A DNA stretch of 64,000 nt from Macrostomum lignano (taxonomy: Eukaryota): NCBI GenBank assembly GCA_002269645.1, contig NIVC01000434.1, positions 248,001 to 312,000 on the forward strand, written 5' to 3'. Under the pieces are notes generated by a model. The model made no database searches. It was not told the DNA's origin and saw only the letters and a list, made by a program, of their open reading frames with translations. The translations under genes were made by a program, and so were the position numbers. Below, piece after piece: positions 60,833-64,000 of the stretch (the stretch's first letter is position 1; each line of letters begins with the position of its first letter).

Positions 60833-61220
60833 GGCATAAATGTAAGAGAGTAAGAATAAAAAATACGTCAGAAGAGAATTTACTTGCAACAGGTTGCTAG
60901 TCGAACTTACCTGATCTTAAGTTGCTTATTAGCTACTTGTGCCAATTGGTCACATACTAAATGACTGTACACAAATGAGGACTGTAGACAGCTTGACAAC
61001 TTAGTTTTTTATCTTCTATCGGCTTTTATCTTAAAACAAAACCTTCTGATCTTAAAGGCCTGTATTCGAGAACAGAATCCATTCTATTCAGCCCATTTTA
61101 GCGGCTTGCAGTGCACTGCCAGTCTTGAAGGAAAAGGGTTGCATTCATATTTGATTGTGCTAAAAAGAGTAGCGCCGTGCGTAAAAGCAAAAGTGGTGCC
61201 ATAGACTAAAAGTCATTAGA

Positions 61221-62410
61221 CTAGCCGCCACACAGCTCCCCCCAGCACCAAGCTACTTGCTGAAGTGTACTGGCCGACACTGCCGATGTGGCTGTCAGCG
61301 ACGCTGAACAATGGTTGGCGGCGCTGCTGGCTGTGTCATATCCGTGTGCTTGGCTGGCTGCTGAAGTGGCGAGTCTGTAGCTCTCCAACCGGTGTGAGGC
61401 GAAACGATACTGACTGGTGCCCGCCTAGGACCCTAGGTCGACCTCGAGGGCGTAGCGCCGGCTGTGGAACTGGATCAGCAGTGTTCAGCAGCGCAGGCTT
61501 TAACCTGTCCACGCTAACTCGATCTTTCCGGGTGCCTAGATCTAACAGATAGGCTTTGGCTTCCCGCTCAATGACCTTAAATGGCCCATCATACGGTCTT
61601 TGCAACGCCGCTAGGCGACCGTCTCAAATACGAACGTGCAGGTATCGAGGGCCGCGGGCCAAGCAGATGGACGGCTGGCGTGGTGCGACGTTGGCACCGG
61701 CCGAAAAGCCTGCACTGCTCTGCGCACTCAGCAGGAACTGGTCGTAGTCCAGAGTGTCGGGTGGGCTGGGCAGTAGGCACTCTCCGGGTACGCTGATAGG
61801 TGTCACGTACACCAACTCCGCTGATGATGCTGGCAGATCTTCCTTAGGAGCCGTGCGGATGCCGAGAAGCACTCTGGGCAGCTCGTTGATCCAGGCTGGA
61901 TCAACGAGGTTTGATACAAGCTTGATACAGGCTGCTGCTGAAGTATCCGTAATGGGAATTGCCTCTGGCCACCGAGTGAAGCGGTCAACGATGGTAAACA
62001 GGTGAGTGAGACCCTGTGACTGCGGCAGCGGTCCCACCAGATCCACGTGGACATAGGCAAAACGCTGTCCGGGGACCCGGATGCCTTCGATGGGTGCGGC
62101 GATGGACTTTAGCTGTCTGGCAAGCGACACAGGTCCGGGTCCACTGGGTGACGTCTCGGTTCATTTTCACACAAATTTTTTCGGCCACCAAATGGCGCAT
62201 GCTGCGAACCGATGGGTGCGCGAGGCCGTGAATTGCGTCAAAAACAGCGCGGCGAAACTCCGGAGGTACGAATGGGCGCGGTTGACCGGTAGAGGTAACG
62301 CACAGTAACACCAGCCCGGGGGCTGATCTCCACTCGCGCCAGCTGAAGGCTGCTGCTTGTGTGAGCCATTGGGACCGCCTGTTGCCCCTCGCCATCTCCT
62401 CGAAGTTCAC
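61221..62410 (-). mobile_element. Ty3/Gypsy integrase remnant with PPT and the start of the 3' LTR
   Basis: HHCC region (FDAIHGLAHP..TCVACQTAK), core FAYVHVDLVGPLP..TIVDRFTRWPEAIP, WINELPRVLLGIRTAPKED and the GPY/F region QRPYDGPFKV..VSVDRLKPA. GGGGGGAG at about 61236-61243 is followed by TGTGGCGG. Confidence 0.9.
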
Positions 62411-62895
62411 GCCAGGGAGTCACTGCAACCGAACTGCTGCCGCCATACACCGAGAAAGTTGACGCTGTCGCTCGTTTTGCACCGCCCGCCACCGTCAAGG
62501 GCCTGCAGGAGTTCGCCTGCATGGTAAACTTCTACCATCGCTTTATGCCGCGAGCCGCCCAGCTACTGCGCCCCAATCATGTGGCTACTGCTGGAAAAGG
62601 CAAACTGGTCCGTTGGAAACCCGAGCTGACGGCCGCGTTAAACAATGCTAAGCAGGCCCTGGCAGGTGCGGCAATGCTGGGGCACCCACTGCCAAAGGCG
62701 CCGATCGGCCTGACCGTGGACGCTTCTGACATCGCGATTGGTGCCGCTCTGGAGCAGCGAGTTGGCAACGGCTGGCAACAGCTGGCTTTCTTCAGTCGCC
62801 AGCTCCGTGCTCCGGAGCAGAAATACAGTGCTTTCGACCGCGAGTTGCTAGCCTTGTACCTGGCTGTCCGGCACTTTCGCTACTTTCTAGAAGGT
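62411..62895 (+). mobile_element. Ty3/Gypsy RT-connection + RNase H remnant, inverted relative to the integrase
   Basis: EKVDAVARFAPPATVKGLQEF.CMVNFYHRF, LTVDASDIAIGAALEQ, LAFFSRQL and YSAFDRELLALYLAVRHFRYFLEGR. Confidence 0.92.
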
Positions 62896-63147
62896 CGGGT
62901 CGGAGGTCGGAGGGTCGGATATAAAAAACAATTGATAGAAATATTAAACCAGCTTTAAGATTGCTTTGTGCATCTCTGTGTACATTGAATGATTCTTGCC
63001 ATAGACAAAAGCAACTTTAATGCTGTGGTTATGTATCAGATTAAACATGCCTTTTGAGGGAGTTATTTGTATATATCACGAGGGCCTGAGGCCCGAGGGA
63101 TTTATGAAAATAACTCCCGAAAAAGGCATGTGTAATCTCGTATAAAC

Positions 63148-63241
63148 CATAGACATAAAGACTTTACGGGATATTATTGAATATTACCAAATAAAATCCC
63201 GGAGAACGCAAATATTGTCACGGAAAGTCTTTATTTCTATG
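63148..63241. mobile_element. Tiny CATAG-terminated MITE next to an 87-bp hairpin (63045-63131)
   Basis: About 21-bp TIRs cataga(c/a)ataaagacttt(a/c)cg. The adjacent inverted repeat reads acatgccttttgagggagttattt / aaataactcccgaaaaaggcatgt. Confidence 0.5.
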
Positions 63242-64000
63242 GATTATAAATGGTTTCATTTATCCACAGTTGGGGCCTCTCACAAGAAAAAATGCACACG
63301 TGTGAGATTTCATACGTTCGAAACCTCGCTAGCAAAACAATTCACGTCGTCGAAATCCTGATATTTTTAGCCATCGCATGTGACGGGCAACACATATCTA
63401 GGTTGTGAATTTTTTACTTTATAAATTTTACTATCCTCGAAGAATTTACATGACTGTTTCTTTCGACGAAAACCTGAACTCAAAAAAGTTAGTTGCTATT
63501 TGAAGCAAGAAATATAGCTCGTAAGATCAGTATCTTGCAAAGCGTGCTTCGACGAGAGCAATCTTCCGTCGATACTACGAGATCCTGAGTAACAATTAAT
63601 GAGGAGACGTTTTCCGACCTACAACGAGGTGAAAAATGGATTTTTTTATTGTGCGTTTAGAGTCGCGATTACTATGAGCTAATAACCCCCACAAATTTAG
63701 GCAATGCAGATTGTACGAGTATACCCAGATGATACTGTCTTCTTGTCGATTGTTTTGCTATTGCTTCACCCAACTTTATATATATGCTGCTATTTTTAGA
63801 AACAAAATTTAACTATTGTTTTGAACAGCATGCGTCACAAAGTACAGTGTGGAGGCAAATCCAAGGATTTGCCGCCGTGACTTAATTTAATATACCAATA
63901 GTGAAGTTACATTTTAGAAATTTTTGTAGCTTACTATGGTGCGTTGCTTTTGCAAAGCTTTGTGGCCTTAATCGGCTTAGAGCTCTACTCACCCAAAGAC

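Overview
Eukaryotic genomic DNA from an invertebrate animal, judged from GT-AG introns, tRNA-derived SINEs and a TTAGGG-type repeat. A free-living flatworm is a weak guess. Genes reconstructed by hand with phase-consistent splice junctions: a 5-exon HDAC11 (+, 7680-14941); a 3-exon GT32/DXD glycosyltransferase nested antisense inside HDAC11 intron 2; and a 6-exon orphan type-I membrane glycoprotein (+, 51965-58888). Single-exon CDSs: a small C14orf119/DUF4508-like gene, a tandem pair of leaderless stonustoxin-like (MACPF/CDC) genes with non-canonical C-termini (-, 20068-24555), and a 94-aa RING protein. The rest is TEs and tandem repeats: a Gypsy 5' end (LTR, PBS, gag) interrupted by an RNase H-bearing LINE inserted in a (CAG)n tract, an internally inverted Gypsy pol remnant, RTE fragments, a deleted Tc1, P-like and hAT-like MITEs, two SINE families, a 5.4-kb 23-bp satellite with higher-order structure, a 0.9-kb (TCTA)n tract and a 1.5-kb intronic fold-back array. 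The most interesting candidate system is the stonustoxin-like gene pair. All family assignments come from remembered motifs, not database searches.
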